DNA of 63,380 nucleotides, the filler included, from Phoronis australis (lineage: Eukaryota > Animalia > Phoronida), in the NCBI GenBank assembly GCA_002633005.1. It is 5 parts of 5 records of this genome, joined end to end, with 100 filler letters (N's around TTAATTAATTAA, not from the genome) between each part and the next. Parts side by side here need not be neighbours in the genome. Positions count along the whole stretch, not along the records: positions 1 to 15,301 come from NMRA01001208.1; 4 more parts are not named here. The stretch is one strand, 5' to 3'. Under the pieces are notes generated by a model. That model was not told where the DNA came from, ran no database searches, and saw only the letters and a list, made by a program, of their open reading frames with translations. Below, one piece after another: positions 1-14,084 of this stretch. The position numbers and the translations under genes are program-made. Each line of letters begins with the position of its first letter. The stretch's first letter is position 1.

Positions 1-148
1 CGCTTGCCTCCTAAAACGTCACTTCCGGAAAAGCGGACGAGTAATTGATAAAATTACGAAAAGCTGTAATTAAGTGAAAAATATGTCTAGGATAACCAAC
101 CAACCTTATTTTAGCTCAAAATGACATGGAAAAAGGTTGCCTTCGCCT
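1..148 (-). mobile_element. Left end of a Kolobok-like DNA transposon (runs off the window start)
   Basis: The reverse complement reads TTAA|AGGCGAAGGCAACCTTTTTCCATGTCATTTT...CCGGAAGTGACG and aligns over ~150 bp with the element end at 31791 that precedes a THAP ORF. A TTAA target (149-152) plus an RR terminus is the Kolobok signature. Confidence 0.7.
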
Positions 149-380
149 TTAATGTCGAAGGTTACGAGTGGTACCAATTCTGAGTCTGTCCAAACTGAGA
201 CAATAGCCACCCTGAAAATGCGAACCAAATAAATTCCTCGCTCATATTTTCAGTTGGAAGATTTTGGGTGTTCAAGATATAGGCACCTTTTGCTTGGATG
301 AAAACCGGAATCAAATTCCCTTCAGTGAACATCGCATTTGAGTTGACTCCACGGCTCGTCGTACTCAGTCACAAATTTAC

Positions 381-3300
381 CTATCACGGATGGCCGAGCT
401 CATACTCTGCCAGTGGCCTTGATTGACTCGGTAATTTTCAGCATCTCTATATTCCAAGTGTCTTTAGTATGACTGCACGCCTAAAGCCACAAAGCTTTTG
501 TGATAGCATCTTTGTGATGAAAACTCTAAGCGTACTGAAGTGGCCTATTTTCTTCCTATTGTCTTTAAGAACATGGTAGCCTCCAAACCAGTCTTTAGAA
601 AGAAATAAACCTAAAAATCCAAACTTCAAGGGGATTTATTTCCATTTATCTAACCTGCAATTATCAAATAAATGAGAGTGGAAGAAAAGAGAGTTACATG
701 AACAAGGTTTTATATATCCTCACATCTAATGTCAAGTGACTCACTGTACAAAGGTCACCTGGTTCAGTTTTCGTGTAATACATGTACATCCAGAAATCAA
801 TTGTTTTAATTTGGAAAAACCTTTTATAACAATTTTAAGAAGGTGTCTTGTTCAAATTTTCGTTCAGTTTGACTGTATATATGTACATTGCTTGTCATTT
901 CCAAAATTGACAATCTTGCAAGTTTATTACCACTAAATGCAATGTTAAAGCACAATTTTTTGGTCAGTCACCAACATTTCTTCTTTATCTGTATGTTCAA
1001 AAATTTACATTAAAGCTACAAGATGCATAATGGCAGTAAGATTGGTCACAGAAAAGCCACTAAAATTAGTTAGTAAAAGTGGTCTGAGGATTACCCCCCC
1101 CCCCTATCTAGTTGTCAAATCTAGTGCCAAATAATTATATACAATATACATTGGTTATTCAAGCTACCAAAGTTTCTTTTTACGTTGCTGTAAACAAACA
1201 ATTTTGGAGACGGCTAATATGACCAATTTTGGTCTAGTGCTCAAGCGGCGAAATTAGGGGTCTTTGAGTGAATAAATGTGGCATTTAGATTGTTGCCAGA
1301 ATACCTATCCATGTACAAAAAAAGGAAGTTGTGAAGTTCGACGTATATTCTGATTTTTGAAAATCACTGGTTTTTATATGGACTGCCCCTTAACAATCCG
1401 TTGCTCAAGGTATACAGTTGCACGGCACTAGTGGTTGATAAATAAAAAGGCACTTACCATGGGTGGAAAATCCCATTGTGACTCATCCGAGAGTCACTAG
1501 TTTGCAAAGGCTGTGTGAAACCAATCACCAACGGTCGATAATCAGCCAGTCTTAGAGAACGCATGGTATCAAAGGGTACTCCGGTATTGTTGCGGAATAC
1601 CGCATAACACGTTTGAGAGGCATTCGTTTAATTTTGCGTTCGTTTTGTTTTTAGCATATCAGACTATCGAATGCATGTACTTACTGAACATCATTGGGTA
1701 GATTTTAAACTTCACTGTTGCATTTGGCCAAGTAGCGCGTGATGCACCTCGTTTAACTCGCCTTTTCCTAAAAAAGAAAGTTGCACACATCGTTCACTTT
1801 CAAACGGATTTCAAAATGTCTGTATTAATGACAAGGTCTTAAAGAAATTTCCTACACCATACTATGAGTTTGGGGCCTAAAAATAATCATAGCAGCCGAC
1901 ATCCACGTGCTAATCCTGGTGTTGCCAAAAAATGCCAGCTGGTGCTTTTGATCCGATAGTAGTTACCAAATCCTGCTCTTTTGACATGTGATCCAAGTAT
2001 TGATAGTGTCAAGCAGCAGCAAGATCAGACGTCGTGCTCAATCGTAAACATCTGAAGCGACACCTGTAGAGAATATTTACTTGCATTATGCAATTAAATA
2101 TTTGAAAAAAAATAGTTCGGCATACAGAATACAAATGGCTGGAGTAAGAAAAAGACATATATTTCAGAAAGAGCACTAATTTTAGTGCTTTTTTCTGAAA
2201 TACCTTCTCAGTCACAGTTCTTAAATGTTGGAATTTGAAAGTGATCTGAAATACGTATATATGGTCAATCACATCGTTCATTCACTTTGTCATGGATTTT
2301 TGTGACATACATGTACTATTTTCCATTTTCTGAAAGGTCAACCCAAGATCATGTTCTGAGGAACATTTTCTAATATTTACATGATAAAATATTTATTGGA
2401 CTTACTAAAACAAGTGCCGAATGTTCCAGCTACTGCGGCACCTGTTGGGGTGTCGGATGGGAGCTTTAAACAAAATGCGGTTCTGAGTATGTGATAGGTT
2501 GAACTCAATTTCAAGAACAGGGTTATACTTCTCATTTCTGTGTAGAGCCCGTTCTAGACATGGACATTTTGGTTTGAAAAACGAAACCCTTTAAGAATGA
2601 CCAGGCATCATGCAGATGGGGAAGAATTCTGTTCAACCTTTCCCATTCCAGTGTGGCAGTTTGAAAGATAAGTCTTTAAAATTACAAAAACAGCTATTTT
2701 ACGAAGTGTCTATAGTCACCTCCATCCAACAGATCAGTTTTGGCTATCGGTCACATGGTTCTGCGTACGCATCATTTGATTAGTCAAAATGACGTTTAGC
2801 CTTAATTAAGTTAATTATCGGTGTTGGTGAAGAGTCCAAGGTACTCACCTTGATCCGAACGTTTCATATCCTTGCATTGCCGCGTATTGCTCTAATGTGA
2901 GCAAGATGTCGTATTCCACCAACACATCGTTCGATGTCTCGGCGTTACCTAGCGACCAACCATTTTTAAGTTTCTGAGCTGTAATAAACACCAGTGATTT
3001 CAAAGGAAAGCTCCAAGTATTCGTTCAGGAAATTTAAAAATAATAATTACCCTTTGAGCTTTGTTAATTTCTTGGATTTTATTTTTATCTGACCTTTTAA
3101 AACATCCAAATGCAAAGAGGAAGTAGCTACTGAAACATTGCAAAAACCAATTTACTTTCCCACATAGTGATAAATATACTCTAAGCAAAAGTACCATCCT
3201 CTTTTCCAGACCTCAACAAAAGTAAGAACGAAAAAGCAGCTACATGCTGCTTCCTTGCATCACTTTTGCATCTGGCGTTAGTTTCAACAGCCGTTTACCC

Positions 3301-5408
3301 TCTAAAAACCACGTGACTCCCAACCAAAGGCTTTCTAATGCTGAGGGATTTCTTAATTTCAGTATGTCTACCACAAGGCTTCAGAGTATCTTTGACACTC
3401 AAGACTGATGATGCAAAGGTTTGTCCCTCGTTCAGTAGACACTACAGTGTGCACCGCGGTTGCCCAAGATTCCTTCATACTTAAAGTTTTATGCTGTCCA
3501 CCATCATCCGCAACTGGTTCACAAGACTCAAAACTCAAGGTATTTTGTGCCCACGGTTTACCTAGTCATCTAGCCGGAGACGAGGGTGTAAGAAATCGAA
3601 CTCGAATATGGCATAATCAAGGCGCTCCTGACCATGTGCCCAAAAGTAATTGTTGTGTTAGTCAGATATGATGCTCTAAATCAACTAAACCAATCACCCC
3701 AGAACAGATAATTCTTCCAATTGTGTTTTCGGCACTTCACAGCGTTGGATAAATCGCTGTTGCCAAGACAGAAAATTTATTTCTCCAACCCGTTGCTAAA
3801 CACTTTTGTTTAAGTAACATCTAGCCTTTTTGTTTTCGCGTGAAACAAATTGCAAGAGTCTTGTTGTGAATGAAGCCATGAAATGATCAGCATTGGAAGA
3901 TGAAAGCAGATCATCACTACGTCCTACAAAAATACTAACTGAAATATCTCACAAGACGCTAAGCAACACAAAATATGGTAGTAAAAAGCGTAACAGAACA
4001 GTGAAAATTTGACGACGCCTCAATTTCATTAGCGCATTCAAACTATTATCAGATAAAGCCCTATCATCACAAAAGGCCATGGGGAAAGAAAACGAAGCCG
4101 ACTTTCGAGGGTCCTTACTCAAACTATATTGTTTCTTACCTGTACCTTGATCGATAGCTGGTACCTCATCGAAGTTTTGTTCGCCGATTCTATCACACGG
4201 GACTGACGCACTACTGACTAGGTTTACGTCCAATGTCGCTCTTAGAAGGCAATTATCAGCCATTTCAATGTAACCCATAAAATTGCACTATGTACACATT
4301 TCTGCATTGCTAAAAAAAGGACATACGCTTCAAGTACGCTAGTATACATGTTCATGTGGGAAGCGAAACATATTGTGGCCCAAAACCCAATATGTTTCGA
4401 TCTTTACGAAACAACGGTTGGACAGCACAAAATCCAGTTGTCTGATTCATAAGTCAGTGTCTTACCTGCCGCCTGTAAGAGCGTGTGTTTCAGTTGTTCA
4501 TCTATTGAAGAAGCACTCACTTTTTCGTCGTCCTCTAAAATTGCGTCAAGTTCTGCAGTCTTGTTAAACCATAAACTGGCCACACGGATTTCCTAGAACG
4601 TTAATTTTGAAAGCACTCAGTGAGCCTATCTTCACAGACCGTTCTCTGCAGTTATAGCCGAGCGTGATGAAACATATTATTTTCAAGTTGTCAAATGTTC
4701 TCTTCGACATAACAAGCTTCCACTGTTTGCCACAAGTTTAAGACCACATCCCTTTCGTGAAATGTTCTGAGAATTGTTTAAAATAGTCACGCCATATTGA
4801 AATTGACGTTCCTTGATGGACAGGTGATCAGCGTCACCTATTGATCGCTAGGTGTGTGGACGGGATGTTTTAACATTATGGTCTAAACAGTTGTTCTGCT
4901 ATTATCATGGCGGCGTGATATGCTGTGATATATACCGATAATTTAAGGAAATCAGGCAGACATATTGAAATGTTCAAAGAAAAAGAACACCGAGTCACAA
5001 TACACTTCCCACTGCGTTGAAAAAATTGCGGTTGCATAATGGGTGGAAGTCAAAAAGCTAACAAAAACTATTGAACTTAAGGTAATCTATCAGAGGGACC
5101 GACCATTGGATTTATTCTAGTGTTTTTAAATTAATGATCCACTGTATAAAACAGTGGATTTCTGTCCACCAAATCTTAGTTAGGATCAAGTAGAAGACTC
5201 TTTCTCCCTCATTGCTCAAGAGAAAAGTCGCCATTTACACCAGGTTCTTAATGTACACTTCGGGTGGCCTTCTACTAGAGACAGCTGAGTTGGGAAAGCT
5301 GCAGACGGATTCATGAACAGTTTGCTTAAAACATAAGTGAAACCGTGAACTTACCAAAACCATAAAGATAGTGAACCAAGTGTACAATCTCTTGTTACTA
5401 CTTTCCAT
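381..5408 (-). CDS. 5' part of a probable astacin-like (M12A) secreted metalloprotease precursor: signal peptide + prodomain; exons 5408-5355, 4592-4466, 2948-2849, 446-381
   Basis: Four GT-AG exons with compatible phases (0,1,2,2) splice to MESSNKRLYTWFTIFMVL|EIRVASLWFNKTAELDAILEDDEKVSASSIDEQLKHTLLQAAG|NAETSNDVLVEYDILLTLEQYAAMQGYETFGSR|DAENYRVNQGHWQSMSSAIRDR. It has a hydrophobic N-terminus, an E-x-D-I-x-L-T-x-E-Q motif like the astacin prodomain Asp-switch region, and AIRD like an astacin mature start. The catalytic HExxH domain is not in the window. Confidence 0.55.
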
Positions 5409-7325
5409 GTCAAATTGCGTCGCTTGACCAAAATCCCGATGTTTGACTTGCACGAATCTGCTACACAAACCTCCTTAAAAACTGCTGCTCGAAACGAGAC
5501 AGATATCTTCAGGGACAGCAAAGTTGACCTTTTGATGAGATTGTGGAATGGGCCAATTGTTACTCCTCTAAATGTCGTCCATGTAATCGCATACGCGGGG
5601 GTCAAATATCATAATGCTATGTAGCATCTTATCAAACCGTCTTTGCATTTAGCTACATGAAAATATCTACAAAACTGTAGAAATTAAAATCACTGGAAGT
5701 GCGTCTTTTCTTTGGTTTTCCTCACCAAGTTTTTTTAATAAAACTGAGCAAAAAGTAAAGTTAAAATATTAGCCAATCAACCATACCAATAATGTGGACA
5801 AAGTGTGTAGAATCATGAGGATAAAGTTCCACAAGCGATGTTGCAGTTGGTACGTTAATGAGTTTCCACCATGCATTGTCTTAGTTTCAGATGTTTCCGT
5901 TAGCTAATATGAAATGAATAACATAAAATCTACGTCATTGCACTGTTATTCGTACGACTGTGTTTTGGTGTGAGCCCTTCCGCTTCCGCCTCCATGCATT
6001 GTCGGCTTTGAATTAAACTCGTTAAACCAACAACTCATTGTCTAGTTTATCTGGCGCTAAACAAATAATCACTTTGATGCTAAATAGTCACGGTTTCTTT
6101 AATTTTGAATTAATAGATATTTCCAAGTTCACCGCCAAATGATGTAATACGCGGAAGACGTTTGTTCACTTGACAATCAGTTACACAACAGCAAGGACGA
6201 TTTTGAGCGAGAACTGGACAATTATTATGTAGATAGAGGAGAGTAGATACAGTACTGTGCGGGCATCACACTCAAGTACTTTTATTTGCATCAGAAATCC
6301 TACAGAAATTTGTGAAACACATCCAACTAAACCAAGGGGAGGTCATTATGCACAAAATAGACACTCCATAATCACTGACAAAGGCCACCGTAAACCCAAG
6401 TCACTCGTACTGACTTGCCATGATAGAATAAGCACGTTCTAAACACAAAGCATAAACCTACGTGTCGTAGCATTCGATGTGGGCCGGGGTCGAGGGCGTG
6501 GCTTCTCTAATGGAAGCAGTTTGTTCGTTGTTTGGAAAAATGCAAATACACTTAGAAGGTGGCGAGTCTTTCATCGTAACGCCGCTTTTGTGTTTGGCCG
6601 AAACACGATTCCGTGAAATGTGTCGAACAAAGTTTGGCTCACGATTGAGCGCATGTTACTCACTGACAATCTACACTCTCGTGCGACGTACAAACTGGTG
6701 GGTGCCTCTACTGGGCAATTTTCACACATTTAGGAGATTTGAACACAGGGACGGTCGAAGTCAAGTTTGCTGTTACTACATCCTTTACAAACACACCTTT
6801 TCCTGTCTGAAAAGGGTGGGTCTTCTCGTACTCCTCAGTATCGCACTGGTATAAAACAAGAACGACGCAGACGGTCGTCCACATATTACGTAACTGTACA
6901 ATCCGAATAACAATTCATAAAAATCTATTTTGAGACACAAGATCGTGGTGAGAACTCTTTAAACCAATTAGTCGTTCCTGAAATATGATGTTCCAAATTT
7001 GACCAATTTTCTAAGATCTCGCATAACTTTGAGGTCAGGTATGTGTTCACGAAAGTATATAGGAAAAATTTCCATTTTTGTCCGCTATGTCAATGATATC
7101 TTTTTGTATATTGTTCGCGAGATGGTCGGTTGTCCCTTCAAACCGTGCTTGAATACAATTCTGTATTAAGGTTCACGTATGAATTGCCTGTCTGAAAAGT
7201 TTCCTATTCTCGATGTCCTTGTATACTATTCTGACGATGGGTTTGGTACTTCAATTAATCATAAACTAACATCTGATTAAAGTGATTTCCCTGAACGCTA
7301 CGAACTAGCAGTTTTGTCGAGTTAC

Positions 7326-7796
7326 CTGAAGAAGGCACACCAGATATCATCTGATTGGCAGGCATTTCAACGTTGATGTTCGGCGCATCAAACAAATTCT
7401 AGTTATCATTGTGGTTATACTAATTCTTTTTTTGATAGTCACTTTTTAGATTTTCATATCTATTATTTCTAACATGTTGACACTGGTACCATTAAGAACG
7501 TGTATTATATGAACTGCATGTTTAGTTCATGTAATTATCTCAGTGACGAACATGTGCGTAAGGAGAAAGTAAGGCTTAACTTTAAGTTGATCAAACCTGG
7601 AGACAGATTGAATGTAGTTATTTGTTATCAGAGTATGTGTCATGTTGTTTACCAATTCAAATGCCTTTGACTGACGCAGAATGTCTTCGTCGGCATTCTC
7701 GTGAGCAGCGTAACGTTCGACAAACGGTGTGTTCTCTGTCGCGACGATTGTCCATGCAATTGCGAGGGATGCATTCATGATCATTTTGTACAACAT
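7326..7796 (-). CDS. Candidate signal-peptide first exons (7796-7653, 7398-7326) of a secreted protein, or an alternative 5' end of the astacin-like gene
   Basis: GCCATG start, MLYKMIMNASLAIAWTIVATEN... (signal-like), donor TTG|GTAAAC in phase 0, then a 73-nt exon NLFDAPNINVEMPANQMISGVPSS ending CAG|GTAAC in phase 1. The acceptor is weak and no family motif is recognised. Confidence 0.25.
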
Positions 7797-9015
7797 GGCC
7801 GAAGCTTAACTAAGTAAGAAATAGTAGACAATACCATCATTCGTTATCTTGAAAATGACACATTTCTGGTAAAGATTTGGAAGCGCTATTGATTAGTCAA
7901 GAAAACCATGTGTTAAATGACCACCTCTCATGTGTTCCCTGCACTCTGGCTCTGTTTGATATGGTTGTGAGGTTCCTATTGTGTGTTGCATTCGCACTCT
8001 GTACTTGAATGCCTCTGTTGCTGCTGTCTCGTGTATTTCGCTGCTTTACGTATTATGTTCATTCCAGGAATTGCCTGATGACTGAGCCATGACTCTCGAA
8101 ATATAGATAGTGCTTTAATTTGTTTGTTTTTATGTCTCTTGATGATTTTGTATTTATCTGCACAACTGAAGAAAGGAGATTGTTTCGACTCTACGAGCGA
8201 AACTGTATCAAACTTTCAAACAAAAAGTTTAGTCGTGATTTCAACGAATAGAGCACTTACATGAACATTAAGTTGAGGTAAAAAATTCATTGTGAATTAA
8301 AATGCTGCCAATTTATTATTTTTGCTGCTAACTTTAACAATGATTTCTCCTTCACCGATTGCAATGCATGGAGAACTAGATCTTCCATGTGTGAAACGTT
8401 CATCACAAGCAGGAAGGTAGGTGTAAGTAGCGTGAACATATATACCGAGAATCTAGATTCATCAATAAGCTAAATAACTGCATCATACTTTTTAATTTTC
8501 TGGTGCCCGATTCATGAAACTTCGGTAATTTAAATGAAATCGAAATGGGGCTAACCTGAGACTAAAATGCGTTAGCACGGTTTCGTGAAACTTCTTTATG
8601 AACCGAAATCAAGACCGAAAGTTCACCTGGTACGAAGTTAGCTTAACATTGATCTGAATTGCCAAAATGTATGGCTAATATGACTGTAAGCTGTTGATGT
8701 ACAATTCCCACAATATAAAATATAGTGTCCCTTGACATTGGCAAATTGAAGATTGTCAGTGCATTTGATTTGAGAACCAGCAAAGCCGTAGGGATACACA
8801 ATGCCGTGCGACTACCGTATATGCGAAATGATATTATTCAACTGTACGAGGGTTCTCTCAAGCATACGAGATCCCATTTGTATCCAAACGTAAATAAACA
8901 CACATTAAGAGTTTCAAGGCCAAGATTATTCTTGAATCACATTTTATTTCTTTCTCCTAGTTTCTTGAATTCTCAACAGGTGACCAAAGCATAGATGTTC
9001 ATTATAAGTTCGCCT

Positions 9016-9085
9016 CATGGGCGGAACACGATAGGGGGCTGGAGGGTGGGGCTATAACCCCATTTTTTCAGTGCTGTGCCGCCCA
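9016..9085. repeat. Short GC-rich inverted-repeat element, related to 57780-57931
   Basis: CATGGGCGG...CCGCCCA ends and an internal GGGGCTATAACCCC shared with the 57.8 kb copy. Confidence 0.4.
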
Positions 9086-12000
9086 CTCGGCTAATATAAT
9101 TTTTTTTTCTAATTAAACACCGATTACCTAATTCGACTTCGTATTCGTGAAACGATTATTTGTTTCTGACCCTTTGTCTTTGGTCATAACTTAGACCGAT
9201 TTTAACATTTTTTTGGTCTTGATTGCTTAGTCAATTTTCATCAGATGTGTCCCTGTTGGATTGAAAAATGCAACTCAGTCACAGTCTAAAAATGGTTTCT
9301 AAAATATGCGTATTCGATTTAAGTGGAGTGGATTTATTTTATCTGGTTGTTCACCTTCCAAATAATGACATATTCAATTTTGTATTTTAAGGATATCTCC
9401 AAACTTTTTTTTTAAAATGTCATTTTTACAATATGTAACACATGTCTAGCAAAATACATTACATCCATTCTCTGGGAACACCAGACCCATATACGAAATA
9501 TGTACTGTTTAGCAAGAAAAAACAATGTTCAACTGCAGGGAAACTTGTTTGCCATTTTTCAAGGCCAAAGGTCTCAGAGCTCACACTCAGTAATCTCCCG
9601 CCATGCACAGAGCAGTTCCAGATGTACTCTGTGTGCTTCCATTTACTGAGTCAACAAATTGTAAGTAGCATGGACAAAATCCCCAGAAAACGATGAAAAA
9701 AACAAGATTTGATCCTGAGTTTGTTGTACTCCCCTTGCCTTTGTTTGATTAAAGAGAATGCACCAAGTCCGAGTCGCCGTATCGCCTCTTTGTATTTGTA
9801 TTCACGAGCGCAGCAAGTTGTGAAAATATAATTTTATCATCACACAAATTAATTTCATTGATAATTTGACGTTTTTCTGAGTCGATTTCCTGCTCACGGC
9901 GTGCTTCAGCAACCGATTTGGATTTCTATTGCTCACGCTGCACTTGGTTTCGTGATATCAGTTTGTGTGCCCTAATGAGCTGTTGATTTACCTGTAGTTA
10001 CCGCTGACTCCACTTTTCATCTAGTTCAACTCGAGGCACTCTAACCCAGCGTGAAAAATTAAAACGATTTCATTTGACATTGTGGGCGAATGTTGAAAAA
10101 ACGAACGTGGTTGAGGCATGTTTAGATTACACCAACCAAATAACTAAGCGGAAAGTGTCAGAATTTGAAGATTCAAGGCGTTTTCCGTCTTCCTCTGAGC
10201 TTCGGGAAATCGACTTTCAGGAGGCACAGAACTAAGAAAATAGCAAAAATACCTTTTAAACAGATTGTGACTAAACTCCTCCTTGGGGGGTGCTAACATG
10301 AACGTTATTCACTTTACATATAGCAATGAGTTCTAGAAAAAATTGTCATATTCACAATTTTTGAAACATGCGAAACATGTCATTAAGTTTTCAAATTCGA
10401 CGCCCTTAGAAATACATGCGCTCAACCAAAACGGAGTGGATGCCCTTTGAAATCGATATTGTTTTGTTAACATCAATAATCGCTTTTTCGAATATTAGTG
10501 AAATGCACTACGTCTATTTTTGTTATACTGAACGTAGAAATAAACGAAAGTCAGAAGAACATTTCAAACGCGAGTCTTCATCCCAATACAAATAGATATA
10601 ACGCTTATACTTCATCTATGTCTTCCATGCCAAATAAGGAAACATGCCTTTCCTTGCCGTAGAAAAGCGGACGAATTGACGAGTAGTTGACAGGTCGTTA
10701 TTTTTTGAAATTTGAAACTAAGCAAAACATGCTTTTCAGGGATTCGGCAAATCCACTTAATTTTAGATTATGAACATGAATTTTCGAAAGTGTCTCGGTG
10801 AATTTTCCAACTTTAATATTTATTCATCAATCTCAGAAAAAAAACTGTTACAGTTTATAAAAACAACTGCGCACGGTGCAGCAGACACGTGCAGACCGTT
10901 CAGGTGAGTCCAAAATCGCAAGATACACGTAAACTATACCAACAATTTCCACCTATAAAGCCAAAATATAGTGCTCAATCTGTATGTAAGTTGATGTGCA
11001 AGCACATACATGTCTATGAACAGTAGACATGTTGGTACTGACATAGTTAAAGCTATTAGCAATAAACGAGCCACTTTGCACAGAGTATTATTGAACATAG
11101 GGTGGCCCGGTATGAGTCTAATTAAAATTTACGCATACCTTAGAATATAGGCGCATGAGCCTAGTCACGTACATATAAGGTAGAAATGAGGATTTGTTTT
11201 TATTGGTCACTGAATTTCGTAAGAAATGGTGACACGCCTTTTTGTGACACTAGTTAGACATCCTCAGCCATTAGCAATCAGACATTCTGATGTCGGATAT
11301 ACGTGTAGCAAGCTTTAACTCGTCGCCTATCAAAAGATTCATAAAGTTGAGAAAGATAAATAATCATGTGTGAGTCTATCATAACTGTGGGCTTTTGCTC
11401 TATCGGTCACTTAGGCCATCCGATCGTGGAGCTACCGACCCTAGGCATGTTGCCCTTTCGGATTATCAAACCGACCTTCAACTAAATTTTGCCTTTTGTG
11501 AAATCTAAATCCTTTGGAACAGTTCGGAAAATGCTTTGAGCCTACACACTTCATACAAGGTTAGCTCATTCTATAACACGTCGCCTACCCTCCACTTATG
11601 AGGTGCTACCTAAAGCGTGTTTCGGAAACATTCGAAACTGGATAGTCGCGGAAATAGTTTCAAAACGCAAAGCTGTACGGCTTTGTATTCAACATATACA
11701 AGCAGGTACACCTGTACGCAGCGACGAATTCCTCTCTTAAACAGCGTCAGAAGTGGTATGAAAACAATAAGCCTATGCATGTCGTGAACACATCCACTAA
11801 AACAAGAAACTGTAGGAACACCGCATTTATCCACCTTCACTCTTATCAGGCTTCTATTGTGAGTCAGCATGCGTGAATAATTGGCTGATAAGCCACCTCT
11901 GGAACTACTTTGGGCTGAATGGATGACCAGGCCATAAAATGATAATTAGCCAAGACCAGTTACTATAATGCAACAAAGAACAAGTAATAATGTCTTGCAT

Positions 12001-12100
12001 CACCTAGCCTTGGTGGAAAGCTGTATACTGTATTGGCTCAAACAAACGCTTAGAAAAATTCATTTCACGGGGAGGGGACGCTTATTGTAGTGAGCCTACG

Positions 12101-12233
12101 GCAGTTGAAACCCGGTTTCCCAAACGGGTAAAATCGGAAGCTAGGATTCATCAAATTTACGCTCTGTGACGTATTTGTAGCCTATGACAGCCTTTCTACA
12201 AAATTGTGGTGCATTGCTATCAACTTCCGTTGT
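12101..12233 (+). repeat. Dispersed repeat, copy 1 (copy 2 at ~20021-20154)
   Basis: GGCAGTTGAAACCCGGTTTCC...CTACAAAATTGTGG...CCGTTGT recurs with few substitutions in a different segment. Confidence 0.8.
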
Positions 12234-13845
12234 AGTTTTTTCACAAGAAAACAGAATCCAGTCAAAATTACCGCTTTGTTTAAGAGTACCATCAGGAGCA
12301 ATGTCGCTCTTATTGCTTAACCCAATCAACGGTTCACACAACTTCTCCAAAAGTTTTAGTCTACGGCGAAAACTTAATAGCGGTGCTGATGGTCGTTTTT
12401 CAAATGCATTGCGAGACGGGTGTTGACTAGAAAACGTTAAATTTACTGGAAACACGGAGAGGAGCATCAAAATGAGTTGGCTTCCGTAAACGCAAGGTTT
12501 TATTAAAAATATATATTTACTAGCTTTTTATGTAATGCATGACGATTTGTTGTGAAATTTTGCTTTTTCGCAAGTTAGACGGGGCTATTTTGCATAGGCT
12601 TGGCGATATACATGTAGGCGTAGAGTTTTAGCTCAAGCAGTGAAGGGTACAATGGCGCTACTTATTGGGATTTCAGTTCCATATAAAAATCCCAGTAGAT
12701 CGTGGATAAGTCACAGTAAACTCTTGTGTCAACACCTGGGTGTATTACATTAGAGGCATAAATGACGTGTCATAATTTGGTTAAAAATCTGGCATGATAT
12801 TTCAAGATAACTGCGAGCTGTTCGGGACATTTGATTATCACTTAAATAAAGTTCAAAGAAATGCCACGAAATGGAACTCGTATCCGACAAAAACTTTTTT
12901 TGAGAAATCGTAAAGTTTTCAGTGGGATAGGATATCGTTTTACCCATGGGAATGTGACTGGAAACAAGAGATATTTGATAGCGCATTGCGGAAGGGTGCA
13001 TTACGTGAAGCTTCTCACGTAAAATTAAATCCTCAACAGGCATGGAACGCAAAAGCTCGTCAAAAATATATTTTAAACAATTCCTGACCAAAGACGGTAC
13101 CATCTTGCAACTTCCAGTAGAGAGTAATTAGATTCCCCCTGTGAGAAAATTGCCACAGTAAATGAAACATTTCCCGATTTTTGAAATACGTGAAAAGGAA
13201 AACTCTGTGGTCATCACAAAGTTTCTAATCGCCCTCCCTCCTACGATAAATGCGCGTCACATCTTCCATAAGGTACAGTATGCAGGCTAAATTCTTTTTA
13301 AGTGGTGGAGAACCAATGTTAATATTGCTAGTCAGTCTGTTCATCACGCTCCATGCCTCTTTACAGTTACATACTGTGAAACATGCACTGCGTGCTTGCT
13401 TTTTGGCAGTTGGCTGTACCGGGCATTTCCGAAAATAGATCCATGGGCGGATATTCGGAAAGCAACTTTTCAAAAACGTCAAATGGAACTGAATATACAC
13501 CGGGGCCTTTTTGGAAAACATGGAGGGCGGCGACCAATTTTCTGAAGTTCTCATAATAAGCAAAATTTTATACATCCAACATAGGACATATACATTTCTG
13601 AATCCATCACATTTTCAAAAAGCATGCAAACAGTTTCCGAAAATACGCCCCTGGGAATGTTTTTTAACTTGACGAAATGTAGCGGGAAATGTTCCCGGCA
13701 CTGAATTCCGAGTGATTTGAATGGGTCCGGCAATGCGTGAGTTGATGACAGTAGGTGAAAGTACTGTGACGACAGTACAGGTATGACTAACGTGCAGTAC
13801 TACGGAGATCCTGTCCTAGAACAACACACAGTCAATCAGCCAGTC

Positions 13846-13855
13846 TTTATTTATT
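13846..13855 (-). terminator. Candidate polyadenylation signal of the ShKT-domain gene
   Basis: Overlapping AATAAA hexamers on the - strand ~230 nt downstream of the stop codon at 14085. Confidence 0.4.
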
Positions 13856-14084
13856 GGCCTCGATTCATGCTTGTTGTCCAACAGGAAATTCACAACACGA
13901 TAATCTGTGCATTTTAGGTGACACTAGGCCACTACATACGCTAATGACACCACCAATTTATCGGCTGACAACAGTTTGAAATGCTTGAAACTCTTAAAAT
14001 GCCTACTGAAGGGCGATCACTCTGAAACTGGTCAAATAGTCAGTCATGGAACCCCACAGTTTCTTCCACCTTGGACTGACGCGC

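Noticed and set aside
8068-8120. CTGATGA...GAAA as a Penelope-type hammerhead ribozyme
   Set aside because: The stem II closing pair and stems I/III could not be formed convincingly; at best a decayed relic.
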